Source: Botryllus schlosseri (lineage: Eukaryota). From it: DNA of 64,000 nt. The stretch is taken from assembly GCA_051294905.1 (NCBI GenBank), contig CM119384.1, forward strand, positions 7,750,001-7,814,000, written 5' to 3'. Both the position numbers and the translations under genes were made by a program. Below, one piece after another: positions 37,389-48,671 of the stretch. Under the pieces are notes generated by a model, which saw only the letters and a list, made by a program, of their open reading frames with translations, had not been told where the DNA came from and ran no database searches. Every line of letters begins with the position of its first letter. Position 1 is the stretch's first letter.

Positions 37389-39078
37389 CAGAGGTGGTCA
37401 AAGTAGTCAAGAAAGCTACTCAAGTAGAAGTAGAAGTAGCGACGAAAAAATCTACTCAAGTACGAGTAGAAGTACTTCTTCCGTAAGCAACCTAAACTAC
37501 TTGAAGTAGAAGTAGAATTTACTGACTTTAAAAGTACTCAAGTAAGTAAGTAGTTGTGAAGACGATCCTAATTCGTTCACATGGATTGTAAAAAGGTGCA
37601 AATTGAGCTATGCGAAAGGTGACGAGCTTGATTCATATTGATGCATACCAGCAGGTATCCAATTTTCGATAGCATAATCATTCGTCAACATCATGGGATG
37701 AAAATGATAGTATTGATATGGAAATGCGATACTAATCCTCTGTTTTCTCGAACAGCACGTTTTATAAAATAGCTTGGTACGGCACCATCCCCCATATTAT
37801 AAGGCCCATAGTTTAGTCGAAGAGCAATACGGAGAAGTGATATAGGATACGGTGGAAACACTTCGCGCGATTAGTAAATGTTAATAGAAAATATGGTGGA
37901 CCGTAAAAATGCCATATCGTGTAGCTTTATTTCCGAAAATTAAAGGCATTATAATACACTTGCTTTTATACTTCAACATGTATGTTATCCAGACAGAGCT
38001 GATATTAATTATAACTCAAAGTATATGATACTGGGAGATAGCAGGGGAGATAGTGTAGTGGTTACGATAAGCGCCCAGCACGCAGGCAAACCGCGCTCGA
38101 TTCCCGTCGGAGGTTTATCTGGGCTCCTCTTCCCCTGCCGTTGCCGTTCTTACGGCGACAAAAAAGCCCTGAAAAAAGACCCGACGAAAGAAAGCACTCA
38201 CAAAGAATGGAAAAAAACTAGTGGAAAGGGCCGCGGCTTCAAAATCGATCAACATCGAAAAAGAACTGTGACATCGGGCACCTAGGCCGAGGTGGATGTT
38301 AGAGTAAAGGATCGCTACTGATGCGTGTCGTTCTACACCCTCCTATCTGTTCATGACATCGCATTGTGTCTTATCGCATTGTACATTGTGTGTGACTTGT
38401 TCAGATAAAAATATAACCCAACCATGTTATGTTATGTTATGTTACTGGGAATTAAAAGTGAAATATAAATACTGCTTCTGAAAGCGGAACATGTATTTCA
38501 TACCTTTAGTCCAGAAATTTTTCAAAGGTGGTACGCTAAAACAGCTCTAAAACTAAAAAAAAAGTCGGAGACCACTATTCCAGATTAGGACACGCCATGG
38601 ACGGACATGCTAGATTACGATATGACAAGTAACATCAGTTTCGAACGTTATTATGAGCCATATATACTGTGATGAATTATTTCATATGGGCGAAGGGCGA
38701 CAATGTGGTGTGAACGGAACCACGCCAACTCGCCACCTAAATTATATTCACCGATACTTTCGTGGAATCATACCGGACAATCCGTATCCACTGCGCGCGA
38801 AGCGCGACGAAAATTCTTGGCTTTATAACAATTAAATGTTGATACTGATACGTGAAAACAGCCACGAAATTTCTCAGGTTATCTTCCTGATTGAAAGATT
38901 GAACTACTTCTACTTGACAAACTGAAAATAGCGAAAAGTAAGTAAGTAGATCACAAAATATTACGAAGTAGAAGTAGAAGTAGCGAAAATCAGATCTACT
39001 TGAGTAAGTACCAGAAGTAGAGGAAAACTACTTGAGTACTTCTAAAAAGTAGAAGTACTTCGTTACTGACCACCTCTG
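37389..39078. mobile_element. Non-autonomous hAT-type element (1690 bp)
   Basis: TIRs CAGAGGTGGTCA / TGACCACCTCTG; perfect 8-bp TSD GTATTTTG; AGTAGA-rich subtermini. Fragments of the family near 10835-10872, 20748-20790, 21495-21620, 33515-33570. Confidence 0.88.
38035..38330 (+). mobile_element. tRNA(Ala-like)-derived SINE inside the 37389-39078 element
   Basis: GGGGAGATAGTGTAGTGGTTA..CCCAGCACGC..GCTCGATTCCCG head with degenerate A/B boxes; not a canonical cloverleaf; 3' boundary approximate. Confidence 0.45.
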
Positions 39079-39634
39079 GTATTTTGCTATCCTCGTCCGA
39101 TACCGTCGCACGCGACGGAACATGGACCCATCACGTTGTAGTGAAAGGTGGACCACGTAGTTAGTTAGGGATACCAAATGCCCTTGTAAGAGGGTTTGTC
39201 TTATATTTTCAATAAAACAAAAATGTTCGCCCGAATTGGCGTGGGTGTCTGATTTCAAAGACTACTCCCAAGTCATCTCGATACCTTCCTATCTTTTCAA
39301 TATATCCCAAATTTTGTGGCGTATTGAACTGATAAAATTGCTAATAAACCGAACCGAACGGCCTCTTTTTCGCAATCGGCCGTCTTTTTGATTTGAGTGA
39401 TAGGCGAATATATGGAGACGACTTAAAAGGTCAATTCGCCACAAAGTACACGTTCAAACAGGCTTTTTCTAGAACTGACGCGGAAGTTGACAAAATTTTG
39501 TTAAAAAGGTTAACCCAACGGAAGCTGTTCGTGGAAAACCGGACCGGCGTACTCGATATGCGAGCCTAGTATGGCGTGATTTTGGAATGCAGGCCTGTAT
39601 TATGTACCTAATATTAGGTCGTTGAACTCTATAC

Positions 39635-40905
39635 TAGGGATGGTGTGAACCTCAGAAAGGTTCAGGTTCGTGTGAACGCGAACGTGAACCTCATGACGTC
39701 ACGTGACGTCATTTTTCTAATTCCAACCCTACATTTCAGTGAAGTGATATATATCTATTAATTAGAGAATTACTATACGTCCTCTTTTAAGAGGATTTGT
39801 CCTCTTTGTTGACTTTTTTTAAAGTGTCCTCTTTTTTGAGAATGTAGGTCATATTTATAGCAAAATGCGACTGAAATGCGTAAATCAGCACCGAAGTGAC
39901 GCTCCGGCGGGTATTTCGGGAGCTTGGCGGAAAGTTGGCCTTTTTTTTAGTCAACCGACCACAAAGTGAGAAAAATTTACCGTTTTTTTAGAATTCTTCT
40001 CCGGTTTTGCAATTCTGAAAAAGTGTCCTATTTTCAGTTTTCTAAAATATGGTAACCCTATCATTAATGTACAACAGGATACCTAGCGACGACTCGGGTC
40101 ACATTATGCCACAATGCTGAAGTGCATACTGACTTTTAAGCGTCGCTTATTATATATCAACTGCTGGAGCAATTAAATGATATAATAATCCCATAAAATC
40201 AATACCTTCCGTCGCTTTGCCAACAATTTCGACGAAGACTGGAAAGGGAATATAAGCTTACGCCTTAACGGTCGAGGTCAGACCAGAGTATTGCTACATT
40301 GTTATTGAGCAGAGTGTAAAAGGGTTTCTATACTTGCTACCGACATTATCGCATTAACAAGTTATACAGGTGTAGCTAACACCCCAATCACACAGATTTG
40401 TCTTTTATGATACAATAAACACATCAAATCAAGATGGTCCCCGTACGCCTGCTAGATTTTGACAGAACAACGATGTATTCTTTTATATGAATTTCACTGA
40501 TTGGTTGAATAAGCATCATTCGCTGACTATACTGTTGCGTATTCCGCTCTTGATATTATGTGATTGCTGGTCAAGCTCACAGCAGAGAGTCACTAGATAT
40601 TTACAAACGGAAAACTGGATATTTAGAGCAAACTTTTGTAACAAAGGAAGTAAAATCTTTGTGATGGTCAAGGTGCATGCTCGTTTAGTGTTGATTCTTT
40701 CATGCTGCCAGCATCATGCATAGAGTGGCCCGCAGTTGAAATGCTATGGATTTTAACCAACAATGTTATAATGACGTGGAAAATTGTAATATATGAAAAG
40801 TTTCACAGTGCAGAACCTACCAAGGTTCGTTTGTGAACGTGAACCTCTAAATTTCTGAGGTTCACACACAGAACGCGAACGTGAACCTCACGTTCACACC
40901 ATACT
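39635..40905. mobile_element. hAT-type non-autonomous element with TAGGGATG terminus
   Basis: Left TAGGGATGGTGTGAAC, right GTTCACACCATACT; GTGAAC/GTTCAC arrays at both ends; TSD degenerate (about 6/8). Confidence 0.65.
39763..40060. mobile_element. Nested hAT (Blackjack-like) MITE
   Basis: Right end ATATGGTAACCCTA, left TAGAGAATTACTATACGTCC; GTCCTC repeats; TSD CTATTAAT vs TCATTAAT (6/8). Confidence 0.6.
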
Positions 40906-41011
40906 CGCAATACCTGCCCTGTCAAGTTATTGGCAGTGCATCTCTTCTCGCGTCGCGATGGTGCGAATCTGAGTGTTACTGCGGTTATATTTTGGTAATT
41001 CGATATTGTAA

Positions 41012-42453
41012 TCATATGATCGAAAAAATGACGCCATAACAAAGAAGACACAAACAAAATATTCCATATTCTTGCGCATACTGTCGGGCACCTCTGCTCG
41101 TCTCTTTTATTGAAGATAATTGATATGGAAGCATGATCGTTGGGCACCTGCTTTCCAATGACGGGTCACGATATGCCATGCCTGTTTCCGACTTGCCGAG
41201 GTTGTCGATGGAATCAATTGCGATATCATAAGATATTTGCAGCGGTCCGTTGCTGGGACAATTCGTTAACACTATGTGCCACGTGTTTTCAACCCATGTG
41301 CTTTCTTCTGGGTTTCTGTCTGTTTTAGGATCTGCCTCCCCACCGTACCAAGATTCAGTCAGAGTCATGTTCGGAAGAGACACTTTTTCCATTAGTTTGA
41401 TATTGCCTTCGCACATTTTATAGGACTTGCCATTATTTCCAATCGTTATCGATCCTTTTTGACACAGCTTCACCACCTGAAAGGTACAGGTCATTTTTCC
41501 AACACTGTATTATGAGTTTCACGAAGCCTGTTGATATGCTCATTGCTCATGCTCATGTTCATGTTCACTCATTGTTCAGTCAGAATAAGCAAATTTGCGG
41601 TCGCAATCATGCAGTTGAGGAACTGCTTTCATCAAGTTACATGACCATCATTCCTACAAGAGGTAGAATATATCTGCCGCGTTTAGCTTGATTGGCGATT
41701 ATAGTTGCAGTAGAGCTGTATATAAATTGACTTCACTTCATAATCATTGTAGCGGCGATCCCATAATTGCAGGGATAAGCTATGTTGTCAAACCCGCATG
41801 AAGGCGCAAATTAATCCGATAGCAATGATATCAGGAAGTCTTTATGATTTGTTACCTTCTTATTAAGTGCCATGAATGATAGCCATCAGATGGACATTTG
41901 CTGGTCTTGTTACTATAGCAGCAGTTTCGTATCGTAACTGACAACGTACCCAGTTTCCTACATGAATAAAAGAGACCTACCTATTTACCTGAGACTCGTC
42001 GAGCACTTGCATACGACTCTTCTTAACTTGAGCACACGAGTATGTCCGCTCCAATTTAGTTTGCGCTCTGCTCATGAGATCATCTTCAGTATCGTGCAAC
42101 CTTTTAATGATGTCAATTGCAGAATAATTTTTCTTTCGTTCACCTGTCTTCGCGAATCCTATGCGCGATTTTGCATTGAACATGTCGATAGTTTCTTGGT
42201 AAACCAGCGTTTGATATTGTCGATCGCTATAAAGCAGTAGTTTTGGACAGCAGCCTCGGTCTGCGTTGTACACGATACGGTAGCTCAAAGTCAGATTTCT
42301 CTTCATGCATACTGTGCCTATTCGACTCCATAGTAGCCGGCTCACCGACGTCGATTCAAAATATGATATTTTTTCAGAAAAGGCCGCCGGAGTGATCACA
42401 TGAAGAAGAAACACGCCGGTCAACAGAAATGAATGCCACTTTATCGTTTCCAT
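41012..42453 (-). CDS. TMEM145-like GOLD-domain protein lacking the 7TM region; signal peptide plus C-terminal hydrophobic anchor (309 aa, 2 exons)
   Basis: Exons 42453-41989 and 41476-41012 (phase 0; CAG|gtaaat ... ctttcag|). Signal-like METIKWHSFLLTGVFLLHVITPAAFS. Matches to TMEM145 as recalled: LSYRIVYNADRGCCPKLLLYSD vs [27 protein letters not shown] vs NQVINL; WHIVLTNCPSNGPLQISYDI vs WYIALSKCGGDGLQLEYEM; QYAQEYGIF vs HFSADEFGIL. Ends IFCLCLLCYGVIFSII*. Confidence 0.72.
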
Positions 42454-44910
42454 ACCGTTTTCCAAGTTCGAAGGTGCGAGATCGGTTGATGTAACAATAT
42501 GTAGTTGGCTCCTCCAATCGTACAATCTCAATTCAAGGTATCAAAGGTAGTACAGCATGGATACTTCTTTGCGGATTACTCTACAGATTTCGCTCGCCGT
42601 GAAGTGCTAGCTATAGGTATTATAATGGCCACCTTCATATGTCTACTTTTTCAATCATCCTAGCTACAGTATCTAAAGAAAAATGCTTGTAGACTAAAAT
42701 ATGAACCGGCCGTTGAGTAAATCCAACAGCTGTCGCCTTTTTTGTTGTATTGATTACGGATACCCCGCCCCAAACAATCCTCTGTGCTATCAGTAACATT
42801 CGAGTCCTGAATTCTGCATCCTTTGTAGTTCCGAGCACTTCATCGTGCACCAATAAAAATAGACTCGCAAAGGTTGAACTGCAATTTAATTCGGTCGTTT
42901 GTAGCGATTATACTTTTTGCGCAAATGCGCAAGTATCATTTGTGGCCGTGGGCTATGCACAAAACGCCAATATGGTCAGAGCTGCAATTCGTCTTTCACC
43001 CGAGGAGCAAAACCAAGGAAAACCCATTGCAACAAATACGGTGCCAATTGAGGACATTGCAATGTACGTTGAGAGTACTGTGAATGGTCCACTCCACGAA
43101 ACACTTTTATTCTTTAGGCCAGTGATATTAGGCAGCACCCCATTGACCTGTGATCATCGTAATGATCGTATATAGAGACAATTTAGCGTAATACTACTGA
43201 TCGTTGGCCTGTGCACACTACACATAACAATATAGGACTAAACGTAAACAAATAGATACAGATTACAAAGGCAATCTCGCGAAGTATAAAATTTTGCTAC
43301 GAGACCTACATTCAGTTATATCAGATTTGTGCACTGTTCTGTAAGTGGAACATATTGATGCAAGGCACTTATGTACTGTACAGGGTACACACATGTCATA
43401 GAGAGATAATTATGAATATCAGGTATGAGAATCACCTCTGACCCTGAAATGAAATATTTTAGCGGATTGTTGATCACATGTTCGGTGTACCAATCTCAAG
43501 AACCTCCGAGCCTATTTTGAATTGACGCAGGCAAACCCTTCCTCCGCCTGCTTGCGTATATATTATATAAGTACACGTTCACCATTGAACTCATCGTGAA
43601 ATTTGCATGATATAAGTTGTTGTTTTATAATTCATGGCGTCTCGACATTGATGGTCACTGGTCAGTATTTTACACCTGGCCGATATTCTTTAGTTTGTTT
43701 CCTGATCTGTCGACTTGGAGCACGGCCCACCGTACTCTATAATCCACGATGCTAAATTGCTAATCAACACTCCTTGTCTGCACAATGTGCGGGTCACATG
43801 CTAGAATCACGGAATCTTTATTTCGCAATTGAAATTACGCCGTTCTACATGAAGCGCGAAACACTGAAACACGTCTAGACTCATAAATAGCAATGAGAAA
43901 CGGAAAATATTTCATGAAACTATATGTAAACATCACAGTATAGGCCTGAAGTCACAAAAGACAATATAATCTCAAAATGCAAGAAGCGGTCGACAACATT
44001 TTATGAGAAATATCTTCCGCCGACTGTTCGCACAGTGAATTTAAAGAAGTCGAGTTAGTATTACAAAAATATTGATGCTCTCGCTGATTTTGTTCGGTAA
44101 TGGTAACATTGCGGCATGCAAGGGAGATCGACAAAGCGAGGGGGTCTTTCGATGCGATCTCTTAAGTTCAATCACGCTGCGTCATAATAAAGTCGCAAAC
44201 ATTTAATATAAAGTGATAGCACAGCAGACTGGCCGAACAGGTGATGAAATATTCCGGGAAATGAATCACAAGCGATTTGGTTTCGAATTTGTAATCGGAT
44301 TCGCAGCAATTAGTTCGTCATGCTTCCGCTTTCCACGGCGATAGCGTAAATTGAATATTCAAATATGTTACTAAAAGCGATAAAAGGAAATCATTATCCA
44401 GCCTACGCACGATGACATCGTATATTTCAGATAAGATCTGATCCGATCTCAAAGTAGATCCGGGTGGCAATAATGCAATTCGTCCGCGTTGCTGTTTATA
44501 CCAAAAAAAAATAAGCCGAGAAGCAACTGATTTTGGCACTGAATGAGATAACTGCGAAGAATGTCGTCGCTGTACATGAAAGGCGTCTTTGAAAAAGATA
44601 TACGAGCTAACGGAAACCGGAGAATGCGATGGATCCTGTTTTGTCATAAACGTATGTCTGGAATCCTCATAAAGTCGCGCGGAAGATGATATCTCTCCGC
44701 GCCTACAACTTATTTGCACTAGAAGCGCGGGAATATCACTTCGCAACACATAGATAATGACGCCGGAAGATTATCCGGAGCACTAGCTTAAAATGTATCT
44801 ACTTCAGCAGTGCGTGGATGTGATCCCGACTCTTGTGACGCATTTATATAATCTCCATGAATCCACGGATCAGTCTGCGAGCATATGAGTTCTTCCGATA
44901 TCCCGTCAGC

Positions 44911-47552
44911 TCAAGACCGTAGCACGGTTCTCGCGTAACTCGATTTGCTGCAACATAAAGTACGCATATGATATGAAGCGTGTGTTCCATAGGGTGTGCA
45001 AATTTAGAATATTATCATACTGAATCAAGATTCAGATTCGGTTGATTAAATTCGCTCATTGTGAATAAAATAACATCATTTCGCGCATTAGTCTTGGGTG
45101 TTACGATAGTCTGGCGATTAGCCTAGCTACATGGCAAATGCAAGGACGCTTTTGAAAATTGTATCTATAGGGCTAGGCTATTACAGGAAGGGACTCTTGG
45201 AGGTACAGAACTTCAGTATTAAATCTATTAAATATATAAATTGATATGAATAGTGAATTGTACACTAAATTACAGGAAGAAACAAAATAAGTACAACAAA
45301 GATATACTCTGGTACGCTTTTATAATAGGATAATATCAACTGCGTACCTTGATTCTTAGCGTATTAGTAGCCCCGCGAATTCTTTCCGACTTCGTGGACC
45401 TGCAAATGAAGAGGGTTCAGGAAAGATATCCTGGGATTCCGCGACAAGCAAACTCACCTCAGCGACGGAATCGGGCTGTCAAGATTACTTCGACTGCCCG
45501 GCGGTATCACAGTGGCCTTTTCCAAAACACCTCCTAAGAATTCGGACCGATGAGCCACTGGTGCAGGCCCAGAGACCACAGACAAGTTGAGGTCGCTGTT
45601 GGCCACCTGAATCGACGTATACAAGAGAACATAAATAATTATGTCAAATGGGATTGACCAACATGGTTGGCTCGAAATATATATTTGATGCTGACACTAG
45701 ACAGAATATGAGGTTAATTTCAATGCGATTTGATCACGAGCAAGGATATGAGAGTCGGGATAATAAACCAACAGTACTGCGACACGTGACAAGATACATT
45801 TGTATACGCATTGTAACTTATCGGAGCGTCGGGATAGGTAGACATCAGAAATTTGTGGCGGTGGGCTCGTACATCGAAAACAAGTGCTGGAACAGATCAT
45901 TTTTTATAAATAGTCAAGCCACATACTCATTATGCTATTGGGTTTCTTATTGGATGGAGATATCGCGCGCAACATGAAGTGTGGGCCGAAAGCGGTCAAA
46001 ATTTGAAAACACCCAACTTATCCAATAACGTATCGTGTTTATTGTTCACAACAGGCTAACAATCTGTAATTGACGCACTTCAATATCTCATATGTCTACC
46101 TGAATGAGAGAATGTTTAACGTGGTGCTTATTTACCTTTATCACTCCGTTGGCAGTAGGATTATCACCGGTGGCGAAGGTCGCCTGTCGTTCCAAGCCCG
46201 AATTGGGATGCGTCGTATTGCCTCTTGTTGCTAGAAACGGAGTATCGATATCCAATAGTATAATTGGCGTTTCAATGGTATAGAATTACAATTCTATTTG
46301 TAGGTGCACCGCGCATGACTTTTTATCCAAAAAGTGACGTTTATACCTATCGGCAGTATCCAGGGGTGGTTAAAGTACTGGTTGATGATACTCGAGTACA
46401 AACAGTGGCATTACCGTATATCTCTACTCAATTATGCAACTAGAAGTGACATTTTTCAGAACATGTCAAACCTACTTCAAGCATTAAAGCAGAAAAAACA
46501 AGTTCTCAATCGTAAATACAGAAGTTTGAACAAGTATAGACCGGTACGAGAAGTTGCAAGATGCATCTTACTGACTAACGCGGAATGGCTATAACGTCGT
46601 CACATTTTTTTTTCTGCATTATTTTCGAAGTTTTATGTCACTACGATGTTGTTATGACAATTTCAGAGATAAAAGTGATGCATGACCTGACATGACAAAA
46701 TTCCAGGTATAAAAGTAATTATTTCGGCTTTAATCACACTGGGAGCAGAAGTGGCAGCAGTCTAAATACATTTCCAGTAAGTTCGTAGCGGAAGTGGGCC
46801 AAACCTATTAGCTATATTACTCCGGAATGGTAAACGTTCTTCGTTACTGACCGGCTGTCACACAATCCTATATTCATTTACCTTACTCACAGTATGATAA
46901 ACGCCAATCCTGCTATATGTACTGTAATTAGAAATACATAATATATGATACCTGAATTTTCCCGATTTCGAGCACCAGCACTGAATATCCTTCGCTTGTC
47001 TTGCACAGTGACTCCGGAATTGTCCAAGCGCCATTCGACCGTACCGTCGTGTTTTTGTCGGTATGCGAATTTAGTGGCCGGTAGGTTAGAGTGATTGTGA
47101 CCGTTCACGGGGTTGCCGACATTTCTCGACATAATATTATGGTTTGCCAGATTGATCTGTCCATCTGGTATCACGTATCCTTTACTGATACCAGCTTTTG
47201 ATTTGCCGAAGTAGCCATTTGAGTTTTGCCCGTACCCGCCAACAGTCAAATACCGTGTATTTCTGTTATTGCTGTTCGTAGCTAGGCTGGTTATGGAGTA
47301 TAAATGCCCATGGTTGTTAGCTGACGAGCTGGCGGGTACGTTATTCAGCTGTCCTAAAACTCTTTGACGGGTTGGGTTGAGATGTGAGTTGGCTTGATAT
47401 TGGGTCATGGTGATCATTCCGTATGATGAATTGCCGTTATGGCGAACGCCAGCGCTTGTCATGGCCGGAGGATGCGGTTGCACCCGCAACGCGGTGTTCA
47501 TGAGGAGTCCGGGTATAGCTATGCCGTTGAGACGCGGCACTCCATCAAAATC
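44911..47552 (-). CDS. Four in-phase exons: alternative TTLL C-terminal tail or a separate low-complexity protein gene
   Basis: Exons 47552-46952 (phase 0 to 1, N/S/G-rich), 46230-46136 (1 to 0), 45606-45458 (0 to 2, AG|gtgagt), 44947-44911 (2 to TGA). Phases chain without stops. The first acceptor is phase 0, matching the TTLL donor at 50724. Confidence 0.55.
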
Positions 47553-48530
47553 CTGAAACGGAGCAAATGGATTTTGTTGAGTTATCACATTACCTTAATA
47601 AATCTCGGAGAGATGATCGCAGCAAACGGCACATTACTAAAGAAACCTTTATTTTCACAAGTGGAAATTCAAGTATTTTATTGCTATTGCACGCCGAGGA
47701 TGATCTGAATTCACCCACCCTTTCTACATGTTCGCTATACTGTCGGAATCTTGCGATGTTCCGACACAACAGAATCCATAAACGAATCTATAGATAAGTC
47801 ATCACAGTGTACGAAATGAAGGTATTGAATCACCGAGTACACACCTATTACATAGTTGCAAGCCAATTATAGATCAGGCTGACAAAATTACCTTTTAATT
47901 GATTAATTGAATTCAAGAAAGAAGTGGATTATTCCGTTTAATAGCTAGATGTTACTGAAGAGTCGCTTGTGCCACTCGACTTATTCCCGTCTTGATGAAT
48001 AATATGAGCAACTACCATGACTGATCTTTATACTTGATGACTGATGATAACTGATAAGGTAACGCGGAAATGATATATTGCTGCCCTTCGACGAGCCTGA
48101 CTACTAGAGTATTCATTTTGATATGGATTTTCAACCAATTATCGCTTCGCTACATATCCAATTCTTCCGTTGCATGTGTCACGATAATCACCTAGATACA
48201 CACTTGCTCTTCGCTGAACTTGCAGAGGTCTCGGAACCTGCTAATAATTTATCAGCCAGCCCTGACTATAAACTGGGTTCTCAATCGTTTATGATATAGG
48301 CTACGCGTAATATTATTTCATATTTTACGCATTGAAATAAGGAACATCGCCAATGGAACATAAATGAAACAATAGAGATACCGGCGTAATTTTTAAAAGA
48401 TCAGTTGCCCAGTAAGAGAGGAAAATCCAAATCGCGCATATGTATTTCGACGGTACGAAATATCTACGGGCCGACGTCAAATTAGGGTACACGGGTGCAA
48501 AAGATGGAGGTAAAAGCAAAAGCTTCAAAA

Positions 48531-48661
48531 AGTGACGTAACACTCCGCAAAATGAGGATTCCCCAATCTCCCGCTGGGATTCCGTCAATGCTTCACTGCG
48601 TTGTAAAGTTCGCGAAGTGACATTTCCGACCTTTCGCACGGGACCAGTTCGCGCATGCGCA
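48531..48661. promoter_or_regulatory. Candidate promoter motifs (NRF1-type GCGCATGCGC, CRE-like TGACGTAA)
   Basis: GCGCATGCGC at 48651-48660 and TGACGTAA at 48533-48540 in a CpG-rich stretch just past the TTLL stop; motif match only. Confidence 0.25.
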
Positions 48662-48671
48662 TCGGTAGCCG

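Noticed and set aside
33720-38130. tRNA genes at about 33720 and 38035
   Set aside because: Degenerate A/B boxes, no closed cloverleaf, followed by SINE-like bodies.
44318-44900. 143-aa minus ORF and a nearby DYINAS (PTP-like) hexapeptide
   Set aside because: No other phosphatase motifs, bounded by stops, no phase-consistent splice sites; probably 3' UTR or intergenic.
47715-48237. Two small exon-like segments (48237-48192, 47787-47719/47715) as links between the TTLL tails
   Set aside because: The combinations I tried that connect the large exon to 47552 hit stops or needed weak donors; at most UTR exons.
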